53,151 nucleotides of DNA from an uncultured Christensenellaceae bacterium (GCA_964480195.1 CAYZOJ010000004.1:1-53151), one strand, 5' to 3'. Shown: positions 20,148 through 30,948, counted from the first letter of the stretch. Made by a program: numbers and translations. Notes: generated by a model from the sequence alone, not told the origin.

Positions 20148-21066
20148 TTTCTTTTACCACTTTTTCTATGTCTTTGTCAATTTGTGCTTTAAGTTCTTGT
20201 TTGTCGTTGAATTTGCAAGTACCGCGTAGACGTTCTGAGAACTCCAAACGTACTCTTTTTTCATAAATATCCTCGTCAAAATCAATGATAAATGTTTCGA
20301 CGCTTTTTGTAATGTCGTTTCCGAATGTCGGACAAGTGCCAACGTTTGTAACACCTTTATATGTTTTGCCGTCAATTATAATTCGAGTGCTGTATACGCC
20401 TTCTTGAGGCAAAGCTTTAACTTTGTTTACATACAAGTTTGCCGTCGGTAAACCGAAACTTTTGCCTACACCTCTGCCGTGGGCTACCGTGCCGTCAATA
20501 AAGTATCTTCGACAGAGTAATGTTTTTGCGATTCCGACTTCTCCGTATTCGAGTAAGCGTCGAATGTCTTTTGTGGATATTTTTTTACCGCCTACGCCTA
20601 TCAAAGCCTGCCTTACGAGCACTTTTCCCGTATTGTCAGCCCATTCTTTTAGTTCATCCAAACCATACTCGGCATTTATACCAAAGCGGAAATCTTCACC
20701 CGCGACCACCCCGCGCACATTGTTTTCTTCGAGGAAACGTAAGAACTCTTCACCGCTCTTATTTATAAAATCTTTTGAGGTGGCGACAATTATTTTAGAA
20801 ATGCCAAGCTCGTTTTTTATGACAGAGATACGCTCGTCGAGAGTATACACGTATTTTAGATCTTCGCAACCGAGTGAAGAATAAAATTCGTCGTCGAAAG
20901 TAAAGACGGCGGGTTGCAATCCGTAACGTACGGAAAGCGCCTTTAAGTTACGCATAAGTTGGCGATGACCGTAATGCAAACAATCAAAAAAGCCGAGTGC
21001 AAGCATATAACCGTCGTTTTCGTCTGATTTTATTCTTTTTTCGAGCAATTCAGCTTTTACATTCAT
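20140..21066 (-). CDS. ribF: Bifunctional riboflavin kinase / FAD synthetase
   Basis: HYGH, GEDFRFG, ISTKDIR, GLPTANL, NVGTCPTF, VETFIIDF. Confidence 0.93.
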   Translation of the reverse strand: MNVKAELLEKRIKSDENDGYMLALGFFDCLHYGHRQLMRNLKALSVRYGLQPAVFTFDDEFYSSLGCEDLKYVYTLDERISVIKNELGISKIIVATSKDFINKSGEEFLRFLEENNVRGVVAGEDFRFGINAEYGLDELKEWADNTGKVLVRQALIGVGGKKISTKDIRRLLEYGEVGIAKTLLCRRYFIDGTVAHGRGVGKSFGLPTANLYVNKVKALPQEGVYSTRIIIDGKTYKGVTNVGTCPTFGNDITKSVETFIIDFDEDIYEKRVRLEFSERLRGTCKFNDKQELKAQIDKDIEKVVKEND

Positions 21067-21938
21067 CTTGAGAGCCTCGTGCGGATATGAATTTCGCCGT
21101 TTATATTTTTTGAGCCGATTCCGGACAATATTCCGTTTGCGTATATGGTGAAGTCGCCTGTCGGCATATTTGCTATTTTAAGCGGAACTCCGTTCAAAAC
21201 AAGCCGAGCCGTTTCGCCGGTTATGTCCAAACGCGGATAAGAGCTTAGAACCGTTTCCATCGAGATGATTTTGCCGTTAATGCCGTCCGCTTCGATTTCT
21301 TCTAACGTGTAAGCGTCGTTTATGTCGAAAATACCGCTTCGTTCGCGTCTGATATATTGCATGTATCCGTATGTACCGAGTGCGGTAGCCATATCGCGAG
21401 CAATACTGCGTATATATGTTCCGCCTCCGCAAGTTATTCTGAACGCGAAAGCATCGCCTTTACTTTCGATAAATTCGATTGAGTCAATCGTTACGCGACG
21501 AGGCTTTAATTCGACGTTTATACCGGCTCTTGCCAAGTCGTAAGCGCGTTGTCCGTTTATGGACTTTGCAGAGAACATCGGCGGAACTTGGTCAATTTCT
21601 CCGATTAATGAGCCTAAAACGCTTAAAATTGCAGATATATCGGGGACGATATCGGAAGTTTTTGTTACAACACCGCTTCCGTCGAGAGTGTCGGTTTCTT
21701 TTCCGAATACGAATTCCGTGTAATAGACTTTTGTTTTTTCGGAGATATAATCGAACAGTCTTGTAGCTCTGCCTATTGCGACGGGTAAAACGCCTTCGCC
21801 GTCCGGATCGAGGGTTCCTGTATGCCCGATTTTATCGAAATCCACGTTTTGACTACGCAAAATCCATTTCAATCTGTTTATTGCGCTTGCCGAAGTCATG
21901 CCGGCTTTTTTGTTGAGAATCAAAAAACCGTCAATCAT
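21063..21938 (-). CDS. truB: tRNA pseudouridine(55) synthase
   Basis: GHTGTLDP, PPMFSAK, GTYIRS; start reassigned to ATG 21938 (MIDGFL). Confidence 0.95.
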   Translation of the reverse strand: MIDGFLILNKKAGMTSASAINRLKWILRSQNVDFDKIGHTGTLDPDGEGVLPVAIGRATRLFDYISEKTKVYYTEFVFGKETDTLDGSGVVTKTSDIVPDISAILSVLGSLIGEIDQVPPMFSAKSINGQRAYDLARAGINVELKPRRVTIDSIEFIESKGDAFAFRITCGGGTYIRSIARDMATALGTYGYMQYIRRERSGIFDINDAYTLEEIEADGINGKIISMETVLSSYPRLDITGETARLVLNGVPLKIANMPTGDFTIYANGILSGIGSKNINGEIHIRTRLSR

Positions 21939-22905
21939 TTTTGTCGAGCAAAGATTTTGCAACGCTTAAAAGCTTGGAGATAGTCGTTTCGTAATCCGCA
22001 TAAATACGACATCCGGCTGCATTAAAATGCCCGCCCCCGCCGAACGCTTTTGCAAATGCGCTGGCACTTGCGCCGTCTTTAGAGCGAATACCTACTTTGA
22101 ATGCTTGAAATTCGTTCATTTCCGCAATGGAAACCGCGAATTTAACACCTTTTATATTGATTATGTTGTTTATAATTCCTTCGGTGTCTTTTGATGTGGT
22201 ATTCGTTTCTAAAAAATCGCGTTTGCGGAAAGCAATAATTCCGAGTTGCCCGTCAAAATAGAATTTTGCATCGGCAAGAACTCTTGTTTTGAGTGCGAAC
22301 ACTTGAGGTGTTTCCTCTTTCATCAATTTGAAGATGATTTCGTGTCCGTCAAACCCGTATTTTAGTAATTTTGAGGCAATTTCGAGCGTTTCTACGGTCG
22401 TATTCGAAAACGCAAACGCACCGCTATCGGTTACCAATCCCGCATATAAACAAATCGCAACGTCCTTATCTATATAATCGGGATTGTTTTCCGTAAAGAA
22501 TTTATAAAGTATTTGCGTCGTAGATGCCGTGTTTTCGTAAACGAGATCTTCGACGAACGGTTCAGACGTCGAATGATGGTCGAAGCACGCGTGATCTTCG
22601 CACTTTCCGAAGAAAATATCCGATTGACGTTTACCGAGCCTTGAAGCTCCTCCGCAGTCCAATGCGATTCCGAGATCGTAGCGACCTATCGGTTTTGCAT
22701 TTATAACGTCAATGTTAGGTAAAATTGCGTATTTTGCGCCGATTTCGTTGCTATCTTCGGCAAAGACATCGACGGAAAGCCCCATATTCGTTAAATACTT
22801 ATACATTGCAAGCGCGCTACCGAGGCAATCGCCGTCGGGATTTATGTGCATAAACAATGCAACCGAATTAACGGAAAAAAGCTTTTTGGTTATACGCTCG
22901 TACAT
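21931..22905 (-). CDS. nrnA: DHH/DHHA1 family oligoribonuclease / pAp phosphatase
   Basis: HINPDGD, LDCG, DHH, TDSG, GGGHFNAAG; usual position between rbfA and truB. Confidence 0.88.
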   Translation of the reverse strand: MYERITKKLFSVNSVALFMHINPDGDCLGSALAMYKYLTNMGLSVDVFAEDSNEIGAKYAILPNIDVINAKPIGRYDLGIALDCGGASRLGKRQSDIFFGKCEDHACFDHHSTSEPFVEDLVYENTASTTQILYKFFTENNPDYIDKDVAICLYAGLVTDSGAFAFSNTTVETLEIASKLLKYGFDGHEIIFKLMKEETPQVFALKTRVLADAKFYFDGQLGIIAFRKRDFLETNTTSKDTEGIINNIINIKGVKFAVSIAEMNEFQAFKVGIRSKDGASASAFAKAFGGGGHFNAAGCRIYADYETTISKLLSVAKSLLDKND

Positions 22906-22906
22906 A

Positions 22907-23275
22907 TTAGTTTTCGCTATCCTCTTCTGCCGGTTTGATATCCAATGTTTTAAGGATGCCTTCTATCTTGAACCCGTAATCTATGCTGTCGTCAAGAATA
23001 AAAGTCAAATGCGGTACCGCACGGATTTTTAAGCGAGAGAACAAGCCGTTGCGCATAAAACCTGCGGAAGCATTGAGTCCTTCAATTACTTCTTTCGGGT
23101 TTTCCGCGCCCATCACGCTGACGTAGATACGGCAATATTTCAAATCTTGCGTCGTATCTACGCGCATAATGCTTATCATTGCGCCAGAATCCGCGACCCG
23201 AGGATCTTTGAGCTCGTGGGTAATTAAATCCATGAGCTCTTTTCTGATTTCGGAGTTAACTCTATCAATATTCAT
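22907..23275 (-). CDS. rbfA: Ribosome-binding factor A
   Basis: LKDPRV, DLKYCRIYVS, VPHLTFILDDS; follows infB. Confidence 0.95.
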   Translation of the reverse strand: MNIDRVNSEIRKELMDLITHELKDPRVADSGAMISIMRVDTTQDLKYCRIYVSVMGAENPKEVIEGLNASAGFMRNGLFSRLKIRAVPHLTFILDDSIDYGFKIEGILKTLDIKPAEEDSEN

Positions 23276-23278
23276 AAA

Positions 23279-26074
23279 TTATCTCTTTTCCTCTACGATA
23301 TTGAAGGATTCGATGATGTCGCCTTCTTTAATGTCGTTCCAGTTGTCAAGACCGATACCGCATTCATAGCCCGATACTACTTCGCGCATATCGTCTTTCA
23401 TACGTTTTAAGGAGCTTATAGCCGTATCCGCGATGACGATGTTATCTCGAATAAGTCTGACTTTTGCATTGCGGACGATTTTTCCGTCGAGAACCATACA
23501 TCCTGCGATTGTGCCGACACTGCTAATCTTATAAATCTGTCTGACTTCGGCTTTACCGAGGTATTGTTCTCTGTATTTAGGCGCGGAAAGACCTTTGATT
23601 GCGCTTGTTACGTCGTCGATTGCGTCGTAGATAATGCGATACATACGAATTTCGATCTTCTTATTGTCGGCAAGCGCTTTTGCTTTTGCGTCGGGACGTA
23701 CGTTAAATCCGATGATAATCGCTTTAACCGATTCCGCGAGAATGATATCGCTTTCGTTTATCGCACCGACCATTGCGTGCGGAATTACGACTTTTACTTC
23801 GTCGGTCGAGAGTTTCAATAAGCTCTCGGTGATTGCCTCGACGGAGCCTTGAACGTCCGCTTTGACAATCAAGTTCAAAGTCTTCATTTTGCCTTCTTCG
23901 ATACCGCGGAAGACGTCTTCGAGAGTTACGCTTGCATTGGTTATGCGACGTTCTTTATCGCGTGCGATTCTTTCGGAAACGACGTCTTTAAGGAGTTTTT
24001 CGTCTTCAACGGCAAGAAGTTGGTCGCCGGCGTTAGGTACTTCGTCTAAGCCGAGAATGACAACGGCGGAAGACGGACCTGCCGATTTAACCGGTTTACC
24101 CTTATCGTCTTGCATAGCACGAATTTTACCCGTTACGACGCCTGCAACTACGTGGTCGCCTACGTGCAAGGTACCGTTTTGTACGAGTATCGTTGCAAGC
24201 GGACCTTTGCCTTTATCGAGTCTGGCTTCGACAACCGTTCCTTGCGCGTTGCGTTTCGGATTCGCTTTGAGTTCCATAACTTCTGCGACAAGCAAAATGG
24301 TTTCGAGTAACTCGTCGATACCTTCGCCCGTTTTAGCGCTGACTTTTACAACGGGAGTTGTTCCGCCCCAAGCCTCGGGCAAGAGGTCGTACTCGGGAAG
24401 TTGCGACATAACTCTATCGACGTCCGCTGCGGGTTTGTCGATTTTGTTGATAGCAACGATTATACTGCTACCGGAAGCTTTTGCGTGGTTGATAACTTCG
24501 ACGGTTTGAGGCATAACGCCGTCGTCGGCGGCAACTACGATAACGACGATGTCCGTAACGTTTGCTCCGCGAGCACGCATTGCCGTAAACGCGGCGTGTC
24601 CCGGAGTGTCGAGGAAGCTAATCTGTTGACCGTTAACGTTAATCGTGTAGGCACTGATGTGCTGAGTTATACCGCCCGCTTCTCCTGCCGCGACATTCGA
24701 TTTCTTAATGCAGTCGAGTATGGAAGTCTTGCCGTGGTCGACGTGTCCCATGACTGTTACGATCGGCGGACGCGGAGAAAGATTTTCCTCGGAATCGGTT
24801 TCGACGTTAAAGATTGATTTAAGCTTTTCTTCGGAAGTTTCGGCTTTTTGGAGTTCCAAAGTTATGCCGAGATCGTTTGCGACAAGTTCAGCCGTGTCAA
24901 AATCAATCGAGTCGTTGATTGTCTTCATGATTCCGAGCTGGAACAAACGCTTGATGATTTCGGTACCTGTTTTTCCGATTTTTTCGGCAAGCTCTTTAAT
25001 CGGTACGTTTTCTTTAGTGATTATTGCGTGCTCGATGACGACGGTTTCGGTAAGATTAAACTCTTTGCGTTGATTACCGCCGATTCTGCGAGAACGTTTC
25101 TTAACTACGTTGCCTTCCAAAAGATCGTTGCCTTCGTCGTCGTAGTTGTTGGAATTGGTTCCGCGTCTTTCGTCGTAGCCCTTACGCGAAATCGCCTTTT
25201 TATTCATCATCGTCTTGTCGTCGGGACGCGGAGAGTCGGTAACGACTTTTTTCTTGGATGCGTCTTTAGTCGGCAAAATCGGTGTGTTGTTTAAGCGTTC
25301 GACTGCGTTTTGTTGACGAGTTTGTTGAGAATTATTATTGTACCTCGGTGCGGTCGCATTGGACTGCCCGCCCTGTTGCTGAGGTCTTTGATTGTTTTGA
25401 CGACGACCTCTTTGTTCTTCGACGGGAGGTATATAAACTCTAATAACAGGCTTGTCGATTTGCTTTTTGGGCTTTGCGAGAATTGATTGCGCTGCCGCTT
25501 TTGCCGCCTCGATTTGTTTTGAGGTACCATCCTGTCGCGGTTGTTGCGTAGCCACAGGTTGGCGTGCGGTGGCTTCGACAGCTTTTTTCTCAGTCTTCTT
25601 GGTATCGACTTTGGGAGTATCGACAGTCGTCGTAGCAGTCGCGGGGGCGGGAGTCGGTTCGACTTTTGCGACTGTTTCGGATTGCTTGGGTTCTTCGACG
25701 GTCGTCTCGGCTGTTTCTTTCGCGCTGTCGGCTTTTTGGGGCTCCTCTTCTTTTACAGCTTCACGTGCTTCGACCTCCGCCGTTTTGGCAGCCAACTCTT
25801 TGAGTTGCTCTTCTGCTGCCTGTCTGATGGCTTCCGCATTTTCCTTTTCAGCTTTTTGTCGCGCCTGTTCCAAAGCGACTTTTTCTTCTATTTCCTTAAC
25901 GAGTTTAGCGCGTTTATCCTGTACGGCAACACGGGCATCGCTTAATTGCTTATGCCTTTCGGACAATATCTTTGCAATCTGCGGTTGCCTCGATTTGAGA
26001 AACTCGTCGATTCTGTTGATATTTTTTAATGTGTTGTTTTCGCTGTTCACGTTTTGGTTTACGTTTTCTGGCAT
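23279..26074 (-). CDS. infB: Translation initiation factor IF-2
   Basis: [25 protein letters not shown] GTPase motifs; long low-complexity N-terminus. Confidence 0.98.
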   Translation of the reverse strand: MPENVNQNVNSENNTLKNINRIDEFLKSRQPQIAKILSERHKQLSDARVAVQDKRAKLVKEIEEKVALEQARQKAEKENAEAIRQAAEEQLKELAAKTAEVEAREAVKEEEPQKADSAKETAETTVEEPKQSETVAKVEPTPAPATATTTVDTPKVDTKKTEKKAVEATARQPVATQQPRQDGTSKQIEAAKAAAQSILAKPKKQIDKPVIRVYIPPVEEQRGRRQNNQRPQQQGGQSNATAPRYNNNSQQTRQQNAVERLNNTPILPTKDASKKKVVTDSPRPDDKTMMNKKAISRKGYDERRGTNSNNYDDEGNDLLEGNVVKKRSRRIGGNQRKEFNLTETVVIEHAIITKENVPIKELAEKIGKTGTEIIKRLFQLGIMKTINDSIDFDTAELVANDLGITLELQKAETSEEKLKSIFNVETDSEENLSPRPPIVTVMGHVDHGKTSILDCIKKSNVAAGEAGGITQHISAYTINVNGQQISFLDTPGHAAFTAMRARGANVTDIVVIVVAADDGVMPQTVEVINHAKASGSSIIVAINKIDKPAADVDRVMSQLPEYDLLPEAWGGTTPVVKVSAKTGEGIDELLETILLVAEVMELKANPKRNAQGTVVEARLDKGKGPLATILVQNGTLHVGDHVVAGVVTGKIRAMQDDKGKPVKSAGPSSAVVILGLDEVPNAGDQLLAVEDEKLLKDVVSERIARDKERRITNASVTLEDVFRGIEEGKMKTLNLIVKADVQGSVEAITESLLKLSTDEVKVVIPHAMVGAINESDIILAESVKAIIIGFNVRPDAKAKALADNKKIEIRMYRIIYDAIDDVTSAIKGLSAPKYREQYLGKAEVRQIYKISSVGTIAGCMVLDGKIVRNAKVRLIRDNIVIADTAISSLKRMKDDMREVVSGYECGIGLDNWNDIKEGDIIESFNIVEEKR

Positions 26075-26086
26075 TTTTGCGTTCCT

Positions 26087-26389
26087 TTAATTATTTAGTT
26101 GTCTTATTATGGCGTCGGCAAGGTTTTTTTCTTTGACGCCGATTGCTTTACAGCCGTCCGGAAGTCCTAAATCCGTTGTCGGTTCGAGCGCAATCAGAGT
26201 GTGTCCTGTCGTTTGGGAAGCTTTTTCCAGTTTTTTTACCGAGTTTTCGGCAAGTTCTTTTGAGTAAAGAACCAAAACCGGACGTTTTAAGGCTAAAATA
26301 TTATCCACTCCCATAACGACTTTGCCTGCTTTGCGAGCGAAGCCGACGTAAGTTTTAATTTTTGTCGGACAATTTTCCGAGTTCGGCAT
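26087..26389 (-). CDS. L7Ae/L30e family RNA-binding protein (YlxQ-like, divergent)
   Basis: GFARKAGKVVMG motif; position between ylxR and infB. Confidence 0.75.
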   Translation of the reverse strand: MPNSENCPTKIKTYVGFARKAGKVVMGVDNILALKRPVLVLYSKELAENSVKKLEKASQTTGHTLIALEPTTDLGLPDGCKAIGVKEKNLADAIIRQLNN

Positions 26390-26612
26390 ATATCTCCTCC
26401 GGCACTACCGTATGAAAGCTCCTGTTGAGAGCGTGCTTTTTTATGCACGCTTTCAAACATTCCGGAGATTTGCATACATAGGCGCCTCTTCCTTCCGATT
26501 TGCCGTCGTGATCTATAACGTAACCGGAATCGGTATGTGCAATCCGCAATAATTCCGATTGAGGTTGTTTTTTACGACAAACGCAACATATTCGGTGCGG
26601 TATATACTTCAT
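26355..26612 (-). CDS. ylxR: YlxR (RnpM) family RNA-binding protein
   Basis: PHRICCVCR, LLRI, GRGAYVC. Confidence 0.9.
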   Translation of the reverse strand: MKYIPHRICCVCRKKQPQSELLRIAHTDSGYVIDHDGKSEGRGAYVCKSPECLKACIKKHALNRSFHTVVPEEIYAELGKLSDKN

Positions 26613-26618
26613 TGAGGA

Positions 26619-27716
26619 CTAATCCTCCGTGGGAGCCGTTGCGCCGGACATGATATCCGCGTCGTCCGCGACAGCTACCGAGTAAGGCTTGACGTCAATC
26701 TTATAACCGGTCAATTTAGCCGCCAATTTGGCATTTTGACCGCCTTTGCCGATGGCGAGGGAGAGTTTGTCGTCGGGAACGATGACTCTTGCTTGTTGCG
26801 CACTCTCGTTAAGTTGAACCATAATAACTTTTGCGGGGGACAATGCGCGAACGATATATTCGGAAGGATTGGTGCTATAAAGTATAACGTCTACCTTTTC
26901 GCCGTTGAGTTCGTTTACGACCGCATTTACACGAGCGCCCTTGGGTCCGATGCAAGAACCGATACTGTCAAGGTTGGGATCGTCGGAATAGACGGACATT
27001 TTGGTACGAAGACCCGCTTCACGGACGATATTCTTGATTTTGACGAGGTTGGAACGGATTTCGGGGACTTCTATTTCGAAAAGTTTACGAACGAAGCCTG
27101 CACAGCTACGCGAAACCATAACTCTCGAAGTGCCTTTAACGTCGGTTTGAACTTTCTTGACAAAGACTTTGATTTTGTCGCCTACCGCGAGTTTTTCTCC
27201 GCGAACCTGATCGCCTGTTCCGAGTACGCCTTCCATTTGAGTTCCGACGATTTCGACATAAGCGGTACCGTTGGTTTCTATTCTGCGGACGATTGCTTGC
27301 ATAAGCTCGCCTGCGCGTTCGCTCATTTCGCTCATTGCTTGTTCGCGCTTGGCTTCGTTAATGCGTTGGGTTATTACTTGTTTTGCGGTTTGTGCCGCGA
27401 TACGCGATAAATCGTCGGGGTCGACGTCTTCGCCTATTGTTTCTCCGATTTGTGCGTCGGGTTTGATTTCGCGCGCTTCTTCCAAAGAAAGTTCGCTGTC
27501 TTCCTGAGGCTCTCCTTCAACGACCGTCTGGTATGCAAAGAAACGAATGGTGTAAGTTTCGGGATTCATTTTGACGGCAACGGCACGATTCTCTCCGCTT
27601 TCCTTTTTGAATGCGGACGCAAGACCGGCTTCGAGAGACGTGATAAGCATTTGCTTATCGAGTTTGTACTCGCTTTCGAGTTGATCGAGAGCTAAAAACA
27701 GTTCTTTGTTTTGCAT
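26619..27716 (-). CDS. nusA: Transcription termination/antitermination factor NusA
   Basis: RIAAQTAKQ, S1 and two KH domains (CIGPKGARV, AIGKGGQNAKLA); SD GGAGG. Confidence 0.97.
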   Translation of the reverse strand: MQNKELFLALDQLESEYKLDKQMLITSLEAGLASAFKKESGENRAVAVKMNPETYTIRFFAYQTVVEGEPQEDSELSLEEAREIKPDAQIGETIGEDVDPDDLSRIAAQTAKQVITQRINEAKREQAMSEMSERAGELMQAIVRRIETNGTAYVEIVGTQMEGVLGTGDQVRGEKLAVGDKIKVFVKKVQTDVKGTSRVMVSRSCAGFVRKLFEIEVPEIRSNLVKIKNIVREAGLRTKMSVYSDDPNLDSIGSCIGPKGARVNAVVNELNGEKVDVILYSTNPSEYIVRALSPAKVIMVQLNESAQQARVIVPDDKLSLAIGKGGQNAKLAAKLTGYKIDVKPYSVAVADDADIMSGATAPTED

Positions 27717-27768
27717 TTTGTGGATTCCTCCGTATTAAATTGTTATTTAGTTGTATTTATGAGTTTGC

Positions 27769-28254
27769 CTAATTCGATTTAAGGCTTTTCATATCAATGT
27801 AAGGGCGCAAAACCGAGATGTCGGACTTGTTTACTTGAACGTTTTTTCCTTTGACGTTCAGATAAATTTTGTCGTCGTCGTGGCTTAGCAATATACCGAC
27901 GATTTTTTTAGACTTGCCTACGGGCTTAATGTAAATTCCTTCGACCGTTTCGTCGATGTTTCTTGCGTAGTCCTTGTCGGTAACGATGGGACGATCGAGT
28001 CCCGGAGACGAAACGCTAAAGTCGTACGGCGCTCCGTGCGTAATGTCGGCGAGTTCGAGAGGCATATCGAGCTCTGCGTTGACCTTAACGCAGTCTTCCA
28101 AGCTTATACCGCCCTTTTTGTAAATGAACACGGTAAGAGAGTTCTTTTTGCCGATGCGTTCGTAACGAATTTCAACGACTTCGTAACCGAGTTTTTCTAC
28201 GATCGGAGTGATTACTTCTTCCGCTCTTTCTTGTATAGATAATTCGAATTCCAT
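27769..28254 (-). CDS. rimP: Ribosome maturation factor RimP
   Basis: GGISLEDC, VSSPGLDRP; start reassigned to ATG 28254 after GAGGG. Confidence 0.93.
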   Translation of the reverse strand: MEFELSIQERAEEVITPIVEKLGYEVVEIRYERIGKKNSLTVFIYKKGGISLEDCVKVNAELDMPLELADITHGAPYDFSVSSPGLDRPIVTDKDYARNIDETVEGIYIKPVGKSKKIVGILLSHDDDKIYLNVKGKNVQVNKSDISVLRPYIDMKSLKSN

Positions 28255-28272
28255 GTTGTATCCCTCATTATA

Positions 28273-28309
28273 CCGATTGAGAGCGGTTTGCACCGCTCTC
28301 AAGTATCGG
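28273..28309 (-). promoter_or_regulatory. rimP leader hairpin (cis-regulatory RNA)
   Basis: Minus strand TGAGAGCGGT-GCAA-ACCGCTCTCA stem with GNRA loop, extended by CCGAT/ATCGG, just upstream of the rimP SD; a hairpin at this position is known in many bacteria. Confidence 0.7.
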
Positions 28310-28326
28310 CTACTTTAAGCATTTTT

Positions 28327-28356
28327 ATATTAACATACGCGCGCATTATTTAGCAA
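28327..28356 (-). promoter_or_regulatory. Putative sigma-A promoter of the rimP-nusA-infB operon
   Basis: TTGCTA-18 nt-TAATAT with extended TG; the -35 overlaps the last rluD codons. Confidence 0.5.
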
Positions 28357-29269
28357 GCGTTTTTCTTAAATAATCGAGAACTTCGGCAAAATAATCGGGT
28401 ATCGGAGCCGTAAATTCCATATCTTCGTCCGTTACGGGGTGTTTAAGGACCAAACGGTATGCGTGTAGCAGTTGCCCGTTGAGGTTGAATTTGTCGCTTC
28501 CGCCGTAAGTTTTGTCGCCGACGACAGGATGGTGCGTGAATGCGCTGTGCACGCGAATCTGATGAGTCCTTCCCGTAAATAGCTCGTATTCGACAAACGT
28601 GTACTTCCCGAATCTTTCCAAAACCGTGAACTTGGTTTTTGCCGGTTTGCCTGTCGCCGAAACCCACATCTTTTTGCGATCGTTTTTACTGCGTCCTATA
28701 GGTTGTTCGATTATGCCGGTATCCTCTTTAATGTTTCCGTCGACGATTGCGAGATAGAATCTTTTTGCCGATTTTTCCGCGATTTGTTGCGAAAGCGATG
28801 CGTGCGCGACGTCGTTTTTGGCAACCATTATCAACCCCGAAGTATCTTTATCGAGTCTATGGACTATCCCGGGACGAAGTACGCCGTTTATTCCCGACAA
28901 ATCTTTGACGTGATAAAGTAACGCGTTAACGAGAGTGCCGTTCGGGGAGCCTTGCGCGGGATGAACGACCATCCCCTGTTTTTTATTTATGATTATCAAA
29001 TCGTTGTCTTGGTAGACAATATTCAGCGGGATGTCTTCTGGTTCGACGGATAAGGTTTCGGCGTCTTCGACGTCGATTTCCACGATGTCGTTTTCTTTTA
29101 GAGGAACCCCGCTTTTTTCGGCTCTTTCCCCTCGCACGCGCACCATGCCCATTTCGACGCAACCTTTAACCCGACTACGCGTAAAACCGTCTAATTTTGA
29201 CACCAAAAACACGTCGAGCCTTGTGCCGACATCTTCTTTACCTGCTACAAAAATCAAGGTCTCTATCAT
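28346..29269 (-). CDS. rluD: RluA/RluD family pseudouridine synthase
   Basis: N-terminal S4 domain (RLDVFL), HRLDKDTSG catalytic motif, TGRTHQIRVH. Confidence 0.85.
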   Translation of the reverse strand: MIETLIFVAGKEDVGTRLDVFLVSKLDGFTRSRVKGCVEMGMVRVRGERAEKSGVPLKENDIVEIDVEDAETLSVEPEDIPLNIVYQDNDLIIINKKQGMVVHPAQGSPNGTLVNALLYHVKDLSGINGVLRPGIVHRLDKDTSGLIMVAKNDVAHASLSQQIAEKSAKRFYLAIVDGNIKEDTGIIEQPIGRSKNDRKKMWVSATGKPAKTKFTVLERFGKYTFVEYELFTGRTHQIRVHSAFTHHPVVGDKTYGGSDKFNLNGQLLHAYRLVLKHPVTDEDMEFTAPIPDYFAEVLDYLRKTLAK

Positions 29270-29832
29270 CTATCGACCTCGTTATTTTTGTTATTTTTTG
29301 CTTTTTCGGACGATTTGTCGGATCGAATGTAGAAAACCAAAAGGTAAATAATCAAAAGTCCGGCTCCTACACAAAGTCCGCTGTCCGCAAAATTGAATAC
29401 GGCAAAATCTATAAGTTCGAAGTACACGAAATCTCTTACGTATCCGAACATAACCCTATCAACGATGTTTCCTATGGCGCCGGCGAGTATGAGTACGAGT
29501 GCGCTACGTAGCCAGCCGTTGCGTTCGGTTATCGTAAATATCCAGACGATGAACAGTAAAACTGCCGTTACTATCGAGATTATGGTTAAAACGTCCGTTT
29601 TGTCGCTGAAAATGCCGAAAGAAGCACCTGTGTTGCGTACGGGAGTGAATCGCAAAACACCTTCAATCAAAATAATATCGTCGGCACCGTTCGCCATAGG
29701 ACCGTAGATAAACTCTTTTGTGAGCAAGTCCAGTGCGAGGTATGCCAGCATGCAGACGAACTCAACCGCGAACCATATCGGCAGTTTCTTTTTTTGTTCG
29801 TCCGTTAAATTGAACAGAGCTAATTTCTTCAT
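29266..29832 (-). CDS. lspA: Lipoprotein signal peptidase II
   Basis: DLLTK, NTGASFG, GAIGNIVDR, VRDF, FNFAD; start reassigned to ATG 29832. Confidence 0.95.
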   Translation of the reverse strand: MKKLALFNLTDEQKKKLPIWFAVEFVCMLAYLALDLLTKEFIYGPMANGADDIILIEGVLRFTPVRNTGASFGIFSDKTDVLTIISIVTAVLLFIVWIFTITERNGWLRSALVLILAGAIGNIVDRVMFGYVRDFVYFELIDFAVFNFADSGLCVGAGLLIIYLLVFYIRSDKSSEKAKNNKNNEVDR

Positions 29833-29839
29833 ACAAAAA

Positions 29840-29868
29840 AGTATACACCAATTCCGAGCTATATGCAA
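29840..29868 (-). promoter_or_regulatory. Sigma-A promoter of lspA-rluD, leaderless geometry
   Basis: TTGCAT-17 nt-TATACT, 7 nt to ATG, no SD. Confidence 0.7.
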
Positions 29869-29880
29869 ACGAATTTGAAA

Positions 29881-30240
29881 TTATGCTTCTTCGGATATAA
29901 TATTCATACCGCGCGGAGTAATTAAGAAACGGTTCGCTACGGTCTTTTCTATCTTACCGCCTAAGGCGAAAACGGCACCCGAAATGTAGTCGAGTAGCCT
30001 TTGTGTGATGACGGGTTTTAACCCCGAAAAATCGGCGATAACGCCACTGCCTCGTTTGATTGCAAGTATTATCGACTCTGCGTCCGAAAGGGTTTTGGGC
30101 TGTACAAGCGTTGCTTGTCGCGTTCCTCCGAGCGTGCCGAGACACTTTTTTGCCATATATGCGTCGTAAGGGGTTACTTGTTTGATTTTTCGACGATTTT
30201 GCGGAATTTCACCGCTTTTTAATGTATTTATGAAGCTCAT
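29881..30240 (-). CDS. sepF: Cell division protein SepF (short, divergent)
   Basis: RLLDYISGAVFALGGKIEK...FLITP core; N-terminal MSFINTLK putative amphipathic helix; follows yggS. Confidence 0.85.
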   Translation of the reverse strand: MSFINTLKSGEIPQNRRKIKQVTPYDAYMAKKCLGTLGGTRQATLVQPKTLSDAESIILAIKRGSGVIADFSGLKPVITQRLLDYISGAVFALGGKIEKTVANRFLITPRGMNIISEEA

Positions 30241-30261
30241 AATTATAAATATTTGGTTAAT

Positions 30262-30942
30262 TTATAATACTCGCGGGCGTTCCCCGAACAGCACGCGCCC
30301 TAATCTTACAGAGTTCGAACCGCACTCGACGGCGATTTTGTAGTCTTCGGACATACCCATCGACAGTACGGTAAGCCCGTATTCGTCTTTGAGTTCATCA
30401 TAAGTTTTTCGTACGTCTTTGAACAATTCTCTCAGCTTATTTTCTTCGATGCCTCGCGGAGCTACCGCCATCAATCCGCAAATTTCGATATGTGGATATT
30501 TCGATTTGACCGTCGCGATAAAAGACTGGACGTCTTTAAGTGCCATACCCCCTTTTGCTTCCTCCGCACCCGTATTGATTTCGACAAGACACTTTTGGGT
30601 GATTCCGATTTTGGTCGCTTGCTTTTCGATTTCGTCGGCAAGCGAGAATCTATCCAAACTTTGTATGTAGCGAACTTTGCCGATTACATATTTTACTTTA
30701 TTCGTTTGAAGTTGACCGATTATATCCCAAGTCAGGGTATCCGTATATTTTTGTGTAAACTCTTGAACGCGATTTTCGCCGAAAACGCGGACCCTGCCGT
30801 CGCGGTTAAGAATTTGCAGGGTGTCCGCGTCGCGCGTTTTGCTTGCGCCGAGTATTTCGACGTCTTCCGTAAGTCCGAATTTTTGTTTTATGCTTTCAAT
30901 TTCGGCAACTATCGTGTTCAAATTTTCAATTATATTGTCCAT
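30262..30942 (-). CDS. yggS: PLP homeostasis protein (YggS/YlmE)
   Basis: ASKT PLP lysine, FGENRVQE, IGQLQTNKVK, LSMGMSEDY, VRLGR; start reassigned to ATG 30942. Confidence 0.93.
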   Translation of the reverse strand: MDNIIENLNTIVAEIESIKQKFGLTEDVEILGASKTRDADTLQILNRDGRVRVFGENRVQEFTQKYTDTLTWDIIGQLQTNKVKYVIGKVRYIQSLDRFSLADEIEKQATKIGITQKCLVEINTGAEEAKGGMALKDVQSFIATVKSKYPHIEICGLMAVAPRGIEENKLRELFKDVRKTYDELKDEYGLTVLSMGMSEDYKIAVECGSNSVRLGRVLFGERPRVL

Positions 30943-30948
30943 ATAATT

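Noticed and set aside
25100-26074. Low-complexity Q/N/A/E/T-rich N-terminus of IF-2
   Set aside because: Long, variable N-terminal linkers are normal for IF-2; no separate domain or nucleotide repeat is evident.
28273-28309. Strong hairpin upstream of rimP as a novel ncRNA or terminator
   Set aside because: Position and shape fit the known rimP leader, and it lacks a U-tract on the coding strand.
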